NCBI RefSeq assembly: GCF_006345805.1
Contig: NC_043005.1
Coordinates: 48,422,001 to 48,486,000, forward strand
Direction: 5' to 3'
DNA from: Octopus sinensis
Taxonomy: Eukaryota
Length of the DNA: 64,000 nt
Positions 1 to 12,185 of this stretch are shown here, piece after piece. The stretch's first letter is position 1; every line of letters begins with the position of its first letter. A program made the position numbers and the translations under genes. The notes beneath the pieces are model-generated. The model did no database searches. It saw only the letters and a list, made by a program, of their open reading frames with translations, and was not told the origin of the DNA.

Positions 1-249
1 TAACGCTGCGGTGGACTGGCGTTCCGATCAGGATAGAATGTGAACAACCTGTCAACCTATCCAGTGGGTGTGGCAAAATTCGGAAGCTGAAACAATGCGA
101 AGCGCATTGTAACTAGCAATGTGTAACAACATTTGGTGGGAATTTATAAAAAAGCCCAATATTCCTCCTTCTTGTTAGAATATACACAATGTGTGCGCGA
201 TGAGTGTTTGTGTTAGAATGAGAGAAACAATGATCGTGTGACCGACCAG

Positions 250-492
250 ACTATTAGATTTTGTTATACATCACTGATCACAATGCGCTTTGCATTGCTT
301 TAGCCTTCAAATAACGCCATCCCGCTGGCTAGGCGAGCAAGACAACGTTACATCCCTGATCGAAAATGGGACTGAATCAAAGTGAAATGGTGTGTTTTGC
401 TCAAGAACACACCAGTTTGCCTAGTTTGGAAATCGAACTCACGATCTAGTGAATGTGAATGCCACAGCCTAACCACTAGGCCACGCGCCTTC
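250..492 (-). mobile_element. tRNA-headed CORE-like SINE (SINE-C), diverged copy
   Basis: Reverse complement begins GTGAAGGCGCGTGGCCTAGTGGTTAGG...GAGTTCGATTTCC...TGTGTTCTTGAGCAA. It matches the head of the 13188-13527 copy and has Pol III A and B boxes. Confidence 0.75.
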
Positions 493-497
493 ACTAT

Positions 498-511
498 ATG
501 TGTATGTATGA

Positions 512-542
<31 letters not shown>

Positions 543-905
543 TGTATGTATGTACGTATGTATGTATGTATGTATGTATGTATGTATGTATGTATGTATG
601 TATGTATGTATGTATGTATGTATGTATGTACGGACGGATGGATTGAAGTATGTATGTACGTGTGTATATATATGTTTCTTCTATTTTTTAATTATTATAA
701 ATCTTCCACTGAGGAGGGAGCCGGGTTCCATCCATCTTTGAGATATAGTTAACACATACAAATTCACATTTGGAACTTGGGAAAAGTTTTATGTATGTAT
801 GTATGTATGTATGTATGTATGTATGTATATATATATGCATGTATGTATGCATGTATGTATGTATGCATGTATGTATGTGTGTATGTGCGTGTGTATGTAT
901 GTATG
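498..905. repeat. (TATG)n microsatellite blocks (498-650, 790-905)
   Basis: Direct reading of the sequence. These blocks explain the MYVC and HTYI ORFs. Confidence 0.97.
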
Positions 906-1053
906 CATGTGTTTAAACATTGTAGGACCGGGAATAGGAAATTGCTCGAAATGATGGTATATGACGATGTAAAACAAGGAGATCTTTTTGAAATTTGTAG
1001 TTCTATCAATATTATGATAAAAAAATTCTGGGGTAATAATTGGTATATTGGCA

Positions 1054-1525
1054 CAGGCGTAGCTGTGTGTAAGAAAGTTGTTTCCCAGTCATATGGTTGC
1101 GGGTTCAGCCTTCTACTATAGTCTTGGCCGACAAAAGCCTTCTGAGTGGATTTGGAAGATGGAAACTGAAAGATATGTATATATCTACGTGTCAGTGTCT
1201 TTTTGACAGCGTTTGTCCCCCATCACCTCTCGACAACCGGTGTTGGTATGTTTACATCTCTGTAACATAAGAGTGTGAACAGCTAACTAGATTCTTTTAC
1301 TCGGGGTTTTTTTATTGCGTTACTGGATTCATTTATTAGACTGCGGCCATGCTGTAACATTGTCTTAAATTGTTCGGCAAAATAGACTGATAGAATAAGT
1401 AATAGGCTTAGAAAAAAAAATCAATCCTGGTTTCGATTTGATCAACTGAAACTCTTCAAGACGCTGCCCCAGCACGGCCGCAGTCAAATGACTGAAACAA
1501 GTGAAAGATAAAAGATAAAAGACAT
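1054..1525 (+). mobile_element. SINE-B copy, degraded, containing an inverted piece of its own 3' end
   Basis: Homologous to the full copy at 49438-49855. About 1285-1370 carries the reverse-complement 3' motif AGACTGCGGCCATGCTG. Confidence 0.75.
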
Positions 1526-3589
1526 AAATTTTTCAATATTTTGTAAATAGTGCAAACATTTTGCGAACATAGTACCATCAGTTTTAGTTAAATTTTTGTT
1601 GCCATTCTTAAAATCTTCAGTACTCCTGTTATCTTTGACAGTACCAGTGATAAATCTACTTCTTGACTGCTGTGACCCATCCTTTTCGGCTAGTGGTTTG
1701 TAACTGTGACATTTATGAATTTTCGGTAATGTTTTATATTAATTACAAAATGCTAAGTCTTCATTAAAGCAACTTATCAACGGTTTGATCTGTCGTTTTC
1801 AACGGGTGCACCATGCATCATTCTCTATAATAAAACTGTCATCATTTTTGTAGCGAAGTGCAAATTAGTAGTAGTAAATAATAATGTTACCTTTTCTACT
1901 CTTGAAATTTAAGCTTTTTCAAAGAAAGTGAATGCGACGCCGTTACATTCATCTCATTTTCCAGAACATTAACAACAAAAGTCAGGTGGTGCAAATGTGC
2001 AAAATATACAAAATAGCTGGTTTTAACGACAATCATAATTACAAGGTGGATAGTACATTTAATCCATCTGCCAATTTAGTACCAGCACCTAATTCTAGGG
2101 TGCCTCTAATGGAGTTCACTCTCTCGCAAGCCAGGTTTTCAGTGTAAATATGTTCAGATACCTTCAAATATTGTTTTTTCACTTGATAAATAATTGAGTT
2201 GTGATTATTTATTTCCTATATAACCCATCAGTTTCGGAGGCTTTGCGAAAGGTTTACGTGCCATGACCCTCAGCTTAAATATAGGAGTACAGATATATAA
2301 AGCTGTGGTAATTGAATCTTGCTAAAATAGTTTAAGCAGCCTACGCTAACTATTTAAGAAAGGCTAGGCCGCCTTCATTCACTTGTCTAACTTGTCCTGG
2401 GTTTTTACTGCCAAGTGTAACAGAGCTGACTGATGAACTAAGATACGTAAGAATTACTAGAAACAGAAGGGTGATGTTGAGGAAACCAACAGCGATATTC
2501 AATAAACATCTTCAGTGAGAGTTTCAGATGTCAGCCTCGAGTGGAATTCAACAGCCTTGCAAATGCGCATCACGTGATGAGGGTTTGATCAAGGAGAATA
2601 TTTGTGTCGAATGGTATTGGATGTAGTAACAGTAACTTAACTGTTACAGGTGACACGTTGTTATCACTGTTTAGCTTTCAAAGTGGCAATCTTACCGGCA
2701 TTTTTCCCAACTCATTAAGGTCTAAGTGCCAGTTACCCCGGGATCGACTTTGCCTTTCATCCATTCAGGGTCAATAAAATAATTATCAGTTGAGCACTGA
2801 GGTCGATGTAACCGACTATCCCCATCTCGGAACAAAATTTCGAGCCTTGTGCTTATTATTTAGCCTCAGCTGAAAACTGATCGAGTAGGCAGGCGCATGA
2901 GAAAGGCACACCAGACGTGACGGCCCTGTTGTTATTGGAGTACCTAAAGCCAGCCATCAAATGTATCCTTTGATTTTTAGAGATTTTAGAGATGATGGGG
3001 GTGTAATTTGATGGAAATTTAAGTGCTACGTCTATCAGAACGAAAGGCAGAGTAGAGACTCTATTATGAGTTCATATTTTGTAAAGCGGACAACTACAAC
3101 TAGAACACAGATTGCCAAATATTTACGCCGGCTCCCTACCGCTTCAACCAACAGACCAATCAATAATTGTTCGGAATTTTACAAATGTGAATCTTTTCGA
3201 CAGAAGAACTGACGCCATGTCATGTTGTATATCTTTTGTCTTCTGTCTTTGCCGTTGATTTATAGATTTTAACTGTGAAGTAAACGTCTGTTCGTTTATA
3301 CTATGTTCATTAATATACTGATATATTCATAACAAGGATACAACATGTATAGTTTACTATGTATTGGAGGAGTAGGTACATGCACATGTCTATTCATCTA
3401 GAAGTAGATGTCAATCTCTAAAGATTTGCATACATCTGTATAATCTCGTGTACCTGTATCAAAGATGAGATTTGCTTTGACAATACGTTGCTTCTCAAAT
3501 CACAAATATAATCTTTGCTTTGACAACGAAGTATTTCAAAAATAAACTAGTTGAAACTGTCAATGTCATATTTTGTATAAAATTTAACA

Positions 3590-3683
3590 ATGATGATGAT
3601 GATGAGGAGGAGGAGGAGGAGGGTGGTGGTGGTGGTGGTGGTGCTGCTGCTGCTGCTGCTGGTGGTGGTGATGGTAGTGGTAG

Positions 3684-3735
<52 letters not shown>

Positions 3736-3780
3736 GGTGGTGGTGATGATAATGATGATGATGATGAGGAGGAGGAGTAA
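3590..3780. repeat. Mosaic trinucleotide repeat (GAT/GAG/GGT/GCT)
   Basis: Direct reading. It gives poly-D/G/A, poly-H and poly-M/V ORFs in several frames. Confidence 0.95.
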
Positions 3781-3832
3781 CAGCAGTAGAAAAATAGTTA
3801 AAAATTGCTATCATTACCAATAATAAATTTTA

Positions 3833-4027
3833 AGGCGACGAACTGGCAGAATCGTTAAAGAACACCAGGAAAAATGCATTGTCTGTCTTTGCGCTCTGAG
3901 CTCAAATTCTGCTGCGATAGACTTTGCCGTTCATCTCTTTCGGGGGGGTCGATGAAATAGGTACCAGTTGAGCACTAGAGTCAATGTAACTGACTAGTCC
4001 CCCTCCCCAACAAATTGAAAAGATTTT
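3833..4027 (+). mobile_element. SINE-A copy, diverged
   Basis: AAGGCGACGAACTGGCAGAATCGTT head, CTGAGCTCAAATTC B box, GGTCGATGAAATAGGTACCAGTTGAGCAC body. Confidence 0.8.
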
Positions 4028-4245
4028 TAATAATACTTTCGGAGTGGTGGACTGAGTGAATTTTTGATTGTCCGAAAAAATGACTTGTTTTCCGTTCTTT
4101 GGGTTCTAATTGCACAGATTTCAGTTTTCTCTTTCATCTTTCCGAGGTAGGTAAAATAAAATATTAAATCACATAAAAAGATCGATTTAATTGACTAATC
4201 CATCACTCCATTAAAACTTTGACCTTCTACTTATACAGGGAATTA

Positions 4246-4246
<1 letters not shown>

Positions 4247-4303
<57 letters not shown>

Positions 4304-4304
4304 G

Positions 4305-4350
<46 letters not shown>
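4247..4350. repeat. (ATT)n microsatellite
   Basis: Direct reading. It abuts the R4-like LINE fragment. Confidence 0.97.
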
Positions 4351-4351
<1 letters not shown>

Positions 4352-4945
4352 GAAATAAATAGAAGAGTGCCATAGTTATCATGTGAAATTGGTTCAACGA
4401 TATTTCTGCATCAAGCGTGCCTTCGACAGGTTCGAAAATTACATGTCAGTCTACTTCTATTTTTTTAAAAATCCATTTTGCTTGTTTGGTATCGGAGATT
4501 TCAGGTTCTTCAACTAATTCAGAGTTAATGCCAAGTTCCATTGCGAATTTGCGAGCCTCCTCAACAATAGAATGTGATTTTTTGCTGTTTTCGTCTTTGC
4601 ACACAAGCCGCAGCATACAGTCTTCTATACTAGATAAGAAATTGTTCATTGCTATTGTTGAGGTCCTATAGCACAATTCTACTTGCATCATTCCTCTCCC
4701 CCATTACTTCTAGGTAGGTACAGACGATCAACGTCTGCTTTTGGTGGTGTATGTTCTTAGATGTTAGTAGTTTTCTTGTCTTCCTGCCAGACGCTGAAGC
4801 GCTGTAAGATTCCAGTTAATAATGTTAAATTTATATTGGACTACTCGAAGTGCCAGGGTGTTAATAGCTTCCATGCGATTTTTGGAGTCGAATTCAGTAT
4901 GAATCTTACTCTCCTGTAATACTCCTGTCTTATTTTTACCTTCAT
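4351..4945 (-). mobile_element. R4/Dong-clade-like non-LTR retrotransposon fragment (C-terminal RT region), frameshifted
   Basis: Minus-strand translation across frameshifts gives KIRQEYYRRVR..SKNRMEAINTLALRVVQYKFNIINWNLTALQRL..KLLTSKNIHHQKADVDRLYLPRSNGGRGMMQVELCYRTSTI. The DVDRLYLPRxxGGRG motif is typical of R4-like RT C-termini. Confidence 0.75.
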
Positions 4946-4974
4946 AGTAGTATGTTGTATACCATTTCCTTCGT

Positions 4975-5026
<52 letters not shown>

Positions 5027-5059
5027 TATTATTATTATTATTATCATCATCTTCATCAT

Positions 5060-5103
<44 letters not shown>

Positions 5104-5123
5104 AATCATCATCATCATCATCA

Positions 5124-5155
<32 letters not shown>

Positions 5156-5172
5156 TATTATTATTATTATTA
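4975..5172. repeat. (ATT)n/(ATC)n compound microsatellite
   Basis: Direct reading. Confidence 0.97.
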
Positions 5173-5175
5173 TTT

Positions 5176-5765
5176 CTCAGGTGCCAAGCTGGCATAATCG
5201 TTAGCACGCCGGGCGAAATGCTTAGTGGTATTTCGTCTGCCGCTACGTTCTGAGTTCAAATGCCGCCGAGGTCGACTTTACCTTTCATCCTTTCGGGGTA
5301 GATTAAATAAGTACCAGTTACGCACTGGAGTCGATATAATCGATTTAATCCGCTTGTCTGTCCTTGTTTGTCCTCTCTGTGTTTAGCCCCTTGTGGGTAG
5401 CAAAGAAATAGGTATTTCGTCTGCTGATACGTTCTGAGTTGAAATACCGCCGAGGTTGACTTTGCCTTTCATCTTTTCCTGGTCGATTAAATAAGTACCA
5501 GTCACGCACTGGGATCGATATAATCGACTTAATCCGTTTGTCTGTCCTTGTTTGTCCTCTTTGTGTTTAGACCCTTGTGGGTAGTAAAGAAACAGGTATT
5601 TCGTCTGCTGGTACGTTCTGAGTTGAAATACCGCCGAGGTTGACTTTGCCTTTCATCTTTTCCGGGTCGAGAAAATAAGTACCAGTTTCGCATTGGAGTC
5701 GATGTAATCGATTTATCCCCTACCCTTAGATTTCAGGCCTTGTGCCTATAATAGAAAGGATGATT
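5176..5765 (+). mobile_element. SINE-A trimer (184-bp period)
   Basis: GGTATTTCG restarts at 5227, 5411 and 5595. The first two units end in the TTAATCCG...GTGGGTAGTAAAGAAA tail, and the last ends in the GGCCTTGTGCCTATAATAGAAAGG tail followed by (ATT)n. Confidence 0.9.
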
Positions 5766-5806
5766 ATTATTATTATTATTATTATTATATTATTATTATT
5801 ATTAGT

Positions 5807-5837
<31 letters not shown>

Positions 5838-5845
5838 CTACTACA

Positions 5846-5876
<31 letters not shown>

Positions 5877-6636
5877 ACTAAATTTTTATGTATCCTGAGA
5901 AATATATACCAAAGAATTACATAATAATACGAATATAAACATAGATATCTATAATACTTTTCACGTAGGTTCGGCTTTTGACAAATACAATTGAGTGAGC
6001 TTCATAAATACACTTATCTGTGGCAATGCAGGTGGCTATATGAAATATCAACTTTGAAATGCAATTTCGAATGAAAAGTTGAAATACTGCAGATCGAAAA
6101 CTGAAGACATTTATGTTAAGAAATAGCTAAAATGTATACTTAACATAGACTTGTCAGGCTTCCTGACATGTATAGTAAAATTTAACTTCAGATAAAGGAA
6201 ATAATACGTTTAACATACAAACACGTTCTCTTTCTGATTAACAAACTATGTAGTAAAACATTGCAAACTCCCGTGGTTAAACTAATACAACATGCTCTAT
6301 ACACTAACTCAAAATTATCCTAACATATTTTGCAGCGATATTAAACTGTAGATAACGTTTTCTCATTAGTTCTGCTATAATATTGTTCTCGTGCATTGAT
6401 TTTTAACATAGGCAAAAATGACACAACGTCTTAATATATTTAAGTAATCAAAAGACAAACGTATGTACACATGCATAGAATAAAATGGTTCTCATAGATT
6501 CCTTTGAAAAATAATAATATACGCTTCGTCGTATTCCGTTGTGCAAATACGACATAAGAATACGCTTGTACAAACTTAATTAAAAAAAGAGCACAAACTC
6601 ATACATACGCACAGAATATGTGCGCGTATGTATGTT

Positions 6637-6760
<124 letters not shown>

Positions 6761-7079
6761 TGTGGCTGCATGTATGTTTGTGTTTGTATGTGTTTGAGAT
6801 GCTTCCGATCTGGTAAAATTGTTAGTCCGTAATTATGAAAGAACTGGATGATGAAACGAGGTATTTTGTAAATGCGTTCATTCATATTCCTTCATCTTGC
6901 TCACCATTGTTTTCAGCAAACCTAATATTCTCTAAAACTCATCCAAAAAGCTATGTTTCGGACATTGCGAAACTGTATCAGAGTATAAAGCTTTTAGCAG
7001 AACATGAGAAGGAAAATTAGTTCTAAGAAGATTGCGAGAATAATGTATGCATATATATGTGTGTGTTTGTGTGTTTTTT

Positions 7080-7116
<37 letters not shown>

Positions 7117-7179
7117 TTGTACGAATATAAATGTGTATGTATGTATATGTAAATGTATATATATATATATATATATATA

Positions 7180-7365
7180 GTGAATCCAAACAAAGAAGAA
7201 CAAACAAGAAAAAACAATAACGCGAGGACGCGGTTCAAGTATTGTATTATCAGACGCTCAGGAAAGGAAGGAAAAAAGGATTTAACGTTTCGAGCAAAGC
7301 TCTTCTTCAGAAATAGAAAAACGTCCAAAGGAAGGGAAGATGGAGGAAGAAAATCGTCAACGATA
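7180..7365 (-). mobile_element. Short non-coding repeat carrying a hammerhead motif (Penelope-like pLTR or retrozyme-like fragment)
   Basis: Homologous to 61272-61435 on the plus strand. The copies share TCTTCCCTTC, the hammerhead, AGCGTC, CGTCCTCGCGTT and the terminus GTTTGGATT(C/A)AC, which is followed by (TA)n in both. Confidence 0.7.
7280..7314 (-). ncRNA. Minimal type I hammerhead ribozyme motif with an intact core
   Basis: RNA sense reads AUUU CUGAAGA A GAGC UUU GCUC GAAA CGU U AAAU. It has the CUGANGA and GAAA core, a 4-bp stem II, a palindromic ACGU stem III, a GUU cleavage triplet, and stem I AUUU/AAAU. Confidence 0.8.
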
Positions 7366-7748
7366 CACACGTGGTTACATCTTGAAATAACTGGAAGGGA
7401 ATGGGTGAAGAAAAATTTCTAAGACAGGAGAGTGGAAGAGAAGTGGTTATGTGTGTGTATGTGTGGGTATGTACGTTCGCGCACATGTATGTGTGTGTAA
7501 TAATAGCACATGTATGTGCGTGTGGTTTTAGCTGTTTATATATGTGTGTGAGTAGACTTTGTGTCGCTTAATGTCGTAGGAAGAATTTATAGTAAGAACT
7601 TTTTGTAGGAGTGGCTGTCTTTTGTGTGCAATGCGTGCCTGTGTGCGTTTGTATCTGTGTGTACGTGTCTGTATGTGTATGCGTGAGGTTGTGTGGGGGT
7701 TGTGCCTGTGGACCAAATGTATATATATATATACATATATACAACCTT

Positions 7749-7779
<31 letters not shown>

Positions 7780-8178
7780 ATCGCATACATAATCATAATT
7801 ATATTCTTTCAGTTATGGTACAAATCGTTTCAATCAAACATGACTCTTCGGGTAATGCTTCATAATCTACACATACGTTTTAATTTCTAAAATCAGAAAT
7901 ATTGTATTTTTCTGATTCGGTTTGAATTATGATCCAAACATTCCCATCGGCTGTTAAGTTTGTCGTTATTCTGTATGCAACCTTCTGAGCTTCTTCAAAT
8001 GGTTTTCTGTATATGTTTATGTGTCTGTATTTAGTTCGAACTATTTAGTATTTTGTACATTATACTATATATTTTAATTAGTATATGTGTCCATACATAC
8101 ATACGGATGTATTTATATATACTTGTACCTGTTTGGCAGTATCTGTGTATATATCAACCACAGATTCATACGTTCATA

Positions 8179-8590
8179 TACTCTTTTACTCTTTTACTTG
8201 TTTCAGTCAATTGACTGCGGCCATGCTGGAGCACCGCCTTTAGTCGAGCAAATCGACCCCGGGACTTATTCTTTGTAAGCCCAGTACTTATTCTATCGGT
8301 CTCTTTTGCCGACCCGCTAAGTGACGGGGACGTAAACACACCAGCATCGGTTGTTAAGCAATGCTAGGGGGACAAACACAGACGCACAAACACATACACA
8401 CACACACACATATATATACATATATACGACAGGCTTCTTTCAGTTTCCGTCTACCAAATCCACTCACAAGGCATTGGTCGGCCCGGGGCTATAGCAGAAG
8501 ACACTTGCCCAAGATGCCACGCAGTGGGACTGAACCCGGAACCATGTGGCTGGTTAGCAAGCTACTTACCACACAGCCACTCCTGCGCCT
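8179..8590 (-). mobile_element. SINE-B, full length
   Basis: Near-complete reverse complement of 49438-49855: tRNA-like head, TTGGGCAAGTGTCTTC, internal TA/TG array and (AAAAGAGT)n tail. Confidence 0.9.
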
Positions 8591-9606
8591 ATATATATTG
8601 AATGTATTTATAAACAAAAAGAGGTCAGTAACTTAATTACTCATTTTTCCTGGGGGTGTTTAGTGAATGGAGAAAAGAAAATACGTATGAAGGAAAATGT
8701 AAAGAAAATTTATATTCAATAACGATACGCTGTCTTAACAATTATGATGTCTATATTGTTTTTCTATACGTGCTTATTAATTTAGTAACAGAATAAGATC
8801 CTTCCATTCTATCATTAAATTAATTAAACGTAGAATACTATATTAAAAGAAAATGAAAGATAGTAATGAAAATGAAAATGTGAATGAATTTAAATAAGCT
8901 GAAAATGAAAACAAATGTTAAGGGAATACAAACACTCAATATTTGACTATTTTACACCACACACCCACACGTGTATATATATATATATATATATAATATA
9001 TATATATATATAATATATATATATATATATACATATGTATACATATATATATATACATATACAAATATATGCATACATATATATATATATATATTATATA
9101 TATATATATGCATATAGATATATAAACTTTCTCACACATAAACATGTATATATTGAGAGACAGACAGACAGACAGAATTGACATTTCATGTTGCTCCCTC
9201 AGGGATGTCTCTAAGTTTTTAGCAGGTGAGTGCACATGTGAGAGCACGAAGAAATCATTTTGAGTTGCATTTTAACCATTCGTTATAATTCTTGAACGCC
9301 AGTACTTTATCCATTGTGTCAAGTTTATAAACCTTGCTTTGTTTCGTAGGTTTCTTATAATGCACAAAATAATTTGAGTAATGAAATTCAACAAACTTCT
9401 ATGATGAAGAATCCTTCTGCAAGTTCTCATACAGTTGTCGAGCATTGCTGACTTGTGGAGTTATGTCTAATCAGCTACTGTCACCTGAGGACGGATCCGG
9501 CTCTTAGTCGACTTCATCAGGAAGGTTGCTCTGTAGTCTCCCTTTACCCAGGATGAGTAGATAGTTTTTCTCTGCCTGATGGCTATGGCGAAAGAGGTTA
9601 TATATA

Positions 9607-9694
9607 TTTCTTTACTACCCACAAGGGGCTAAACACGGATTAAGTCGATTACATCGACCCCAGTGCTTAACTGGTACTTACTTTATCGACCCCA
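9607..9694 (-). mobile_element. SINE-A 3' fragment
   Basis: TTTCTTTACTACCCACAAGGGGCTAAACAC...GTCGATTACATCGACCCCAGTG. Confidence 0.8.
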
Positions 9695-10149
9695 ATGTGT
9701 GTGTGTGTGTGTGTGTGTCTGTGTGTATACATACATATAAAATGGAAAAATTATACAAAATGTATAAATAGATGATGAATAAACACCGGCACAGTTTAGG
9801 TTACCTGTTGTTATATACATATTTGGGCATAGGTCTATTTTGAGCAAAATGCTCAAAGCATGACCACCTCTTTTCCTAAGTAAAGTGCACGCACGTAGGA
9901 TTCTATTTTCCAGTTGAGTTTTATTCCTAAATCGGCACATTGTTATTGAAGAAAGTTTTGGCTCTCATTTGTAGAACGTCGAGTGATGACGCTCTTGTAC
10001 CCTTATTTACTCGTTAATTAATAGTCAAATACTGACTTACTTTAACCGACTACAACCTTCCTTTATATCCGTGATTCTTTTGTTAGTGCCAAAAGTGAAT
10101 AAAGAAAAGAAGAAAAGCGAATAGAGTTTGCATGATTCTTCTCATATAA

Positions 10150-10620
10150 ATCCCTCTGTGAGAATCTGTAATATAGTTTTCAATTTATAGGAGGCATATT
10201 TCATCTATTTGGGGCTATATTACCTATGATTAATGTTTACAGAAACTACAAGAGGGAAGCGTTATAAACTCCATACCATACTCTAACTGTTTCCCCCTTT
10301 CCGAGAGCTTTCAGTCAACCTTCCCTTGTTGATCAGGAGATATTGAAACCCATGTGAACCTTCGTTATGTCTCTTTTGTTCTTATGAAAGTATGTTATTT
10401 TTCACAGCATTAGTATTTTCCCTTTGTGATAAATATGACTGTTAAGGCTTTGAAAACTGTAGGTAGGCTGGTTATTAGTCTGTAGTTCTAGGAGTTTATT
10501 GTTTCTTCAATCTTGTGAATTAAGATAGGTTCTTTGCTGAGAAGCCAACCAGGTGTTATTTCTGATGTTTTCATTGGAACGTTGGCGATGTAATAGCCGT
10601 ATTACAGAGTGCAAATTAGA
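10150..10620 (-). mobile_element. Degenerate R4/Dong-like RT N-terminal fragment
   Basis: Minus-strand translation gives PGWLLSKEPILIHKIEETINS*NYRLITSLPTVFKALT and EQKRHNEGSHGFQYLLINK. These resemble the NYRPITCLPT and EQKG..GS.G..QLLINK motifs of this RT class. Confidence 0.6.
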
Positions 10621-11599
10621 AATTCAGTTTGCAATCACGTGGTTTCGGGTTCTATCCCACAGCTCGACACTTTATGAAAGTTTTTTTTCTATCACATCCG
10701 CGGGTCAACTCTAGGTGTCATCAGCGAAACTAAATAAACAGAAGCTATTCGGAAGGATGTACGATATGTGTCTATTTTGGGGTAGAAAACTACATCCGAT
10801 GCTGATTTAGGCGTTCTACCAAAGGGGGAAAGATTAGCAAAGTTGCTAGAACATCAGATGGAATACCTTGGGATATTCGGTCCGGTTCTCTGTGCATTAA
10901 GTTCACATCAAGACGTGGACAACATCGCTGTTCTTACTCTTTGATTCAATAATGTACCGACTCTTTACAGAGATCTCTTTCTCTCTCCCCTTCTCTTTCT
11001 TTCTCTCTCCCCCTCTCTCTTTCTTTCTCCCCTCTCTCTCTCTCTCTTTCTATCTCCTCCCCTTTCTTTCAAATTGTAATATATATTTGCGGAGGAGTCA
11101 ACTCTGGTGCAAGCATTTGGACCAGTTCTTTGGTTGGAGTTTATAGAAATCAAACTTAGTTTCCCCAAACGGTCTCGGAGATTCTATAAATAAGTTTTGA
11201 ACTCTATCCGTCTTCTTCTGACTACTGACTAAACCACAAAAACAAAAAAGAAATTAAAATTAAAAACGCATTTATAATTTTTTTGTGAAAACTTACTACA
11301 CATTTTAGCTACAAACTTGTCACTTTCACATTTCCATGCACTTTCAACTCGTTTGCATTCTGTAACACTTCGGCTGATATTTCTTACGATTGTTATTAAA
11401 ATCATCTCCAAAAGCTCTCCATCCGCTGTTCTCTCCATCCGCTGTTCTCTCCATATTTCTCTTCCCAAATCTACTTCTTTTGATATTTATCCTACATTAG
11501 TTACTGCTTTGTTGTATATTTTTCGCTAAAGAAAAAAACGTTGGAGATCATCAATATAACCAATCTAATCCTCAAGACTTTTAAATTTCGAAGCCATTG

Positions 11600-12115
11600 C
11601 AAAAGAGCTGCTCACGAATTCAGTGATTAGGGCTGATTGTTATAAAACATCTCAAATCTGCTGAAACACGCTTCCTTAAAGGCTCATATACGAGCATACA
11701 TATTTGATAAGGTCTCAACTTCGTGACTGAAAGCTATAACAATCACCAAACTGGACAGCACTGCATAGTGCCAAAGATTTTATCTTTTCCATCTGGGATA
11801 AGGACCCAGTACAGCTTAGATTTCAATGACACAGTTTTTCAACACAGCCAGACAACTCCAGAGACTTACTAAGTGTAGATGCGGATGTTTTCAAAGAATA
11901 TTTGCACAATTTTTTTATCTGGGGTATCAGATGAATCTACATTGCAACGGGAAACACAAATAAGAGCAACTTCATCACGCTACTTCATCAGAAACAATGC
12001 TAGGGAGAAAACCGCAGCATAAGTAAGTATAAAATAAGACTAATAAGACTTTAGGTTATGTCCTCAACATGGTTGTCGCCACTAATTAAATCGCTAAAAG
12101 TTTAAAGAAAATTTA
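11600..12115 (+). mobile_element. Old CR1-like LINE 3' fragment, same family as 39352-40030
   Basis: FLSGVSDESTLQRETQIRATSS aligns with FLSGIPDEPTSRQETQMRAAAS of the 39.4-40.0 kb copy. Confidence 0.65.
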
Positions 12116-12185
12116 AGTATTTTATGAGATGGACTTCCACATTCAGAAATGGACGGCAAAATATTTATATTTTAAGTAACACTTT

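Noticed and set aside
382-1121. ORFs of 60-120 aa such as MYVCMYVC and HTYIHTYI (and similar YIYI/CVCV ORFs across the window)
   Set aside because: They are translations of (TATG)n, (TA)n and (CA)n arrays, which lack stops in some frames.
1550-1860. Possible Tc1-type HTH remnant (RFITGTVKDNRS) on the minus strand
   Set aside because: Only a few residues resemble the motif, and no catalytic domain or TIR is nearby.
3520-3823. Poly-D/G/A, poly-His and poly-M/V ORFs (also 27771-28220 and 41418-41844)
   Set aside because: Mosaic trinucleotide repeats open on both strands, with no flanking non-repetitive coding sequence.
5411-5594. Idea that the 184-bp SINE-A unit is a ribozyme-bearing retrozyme or a Helitron/DINE-like rolling-circle repeat
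   Set aside because: No CUGANGA core on either strand and no Helitron termini. A monomer with a normal 10-bp TSD at 36627 indicates ordinary target-primed retroposition.
9485-9525. CTGAGGA (plus) and CTGATGA (minus) hammerhead core words
   Set aside because: No GAAA follows a pairing stem II, and no NUH or stem I can be drawn.
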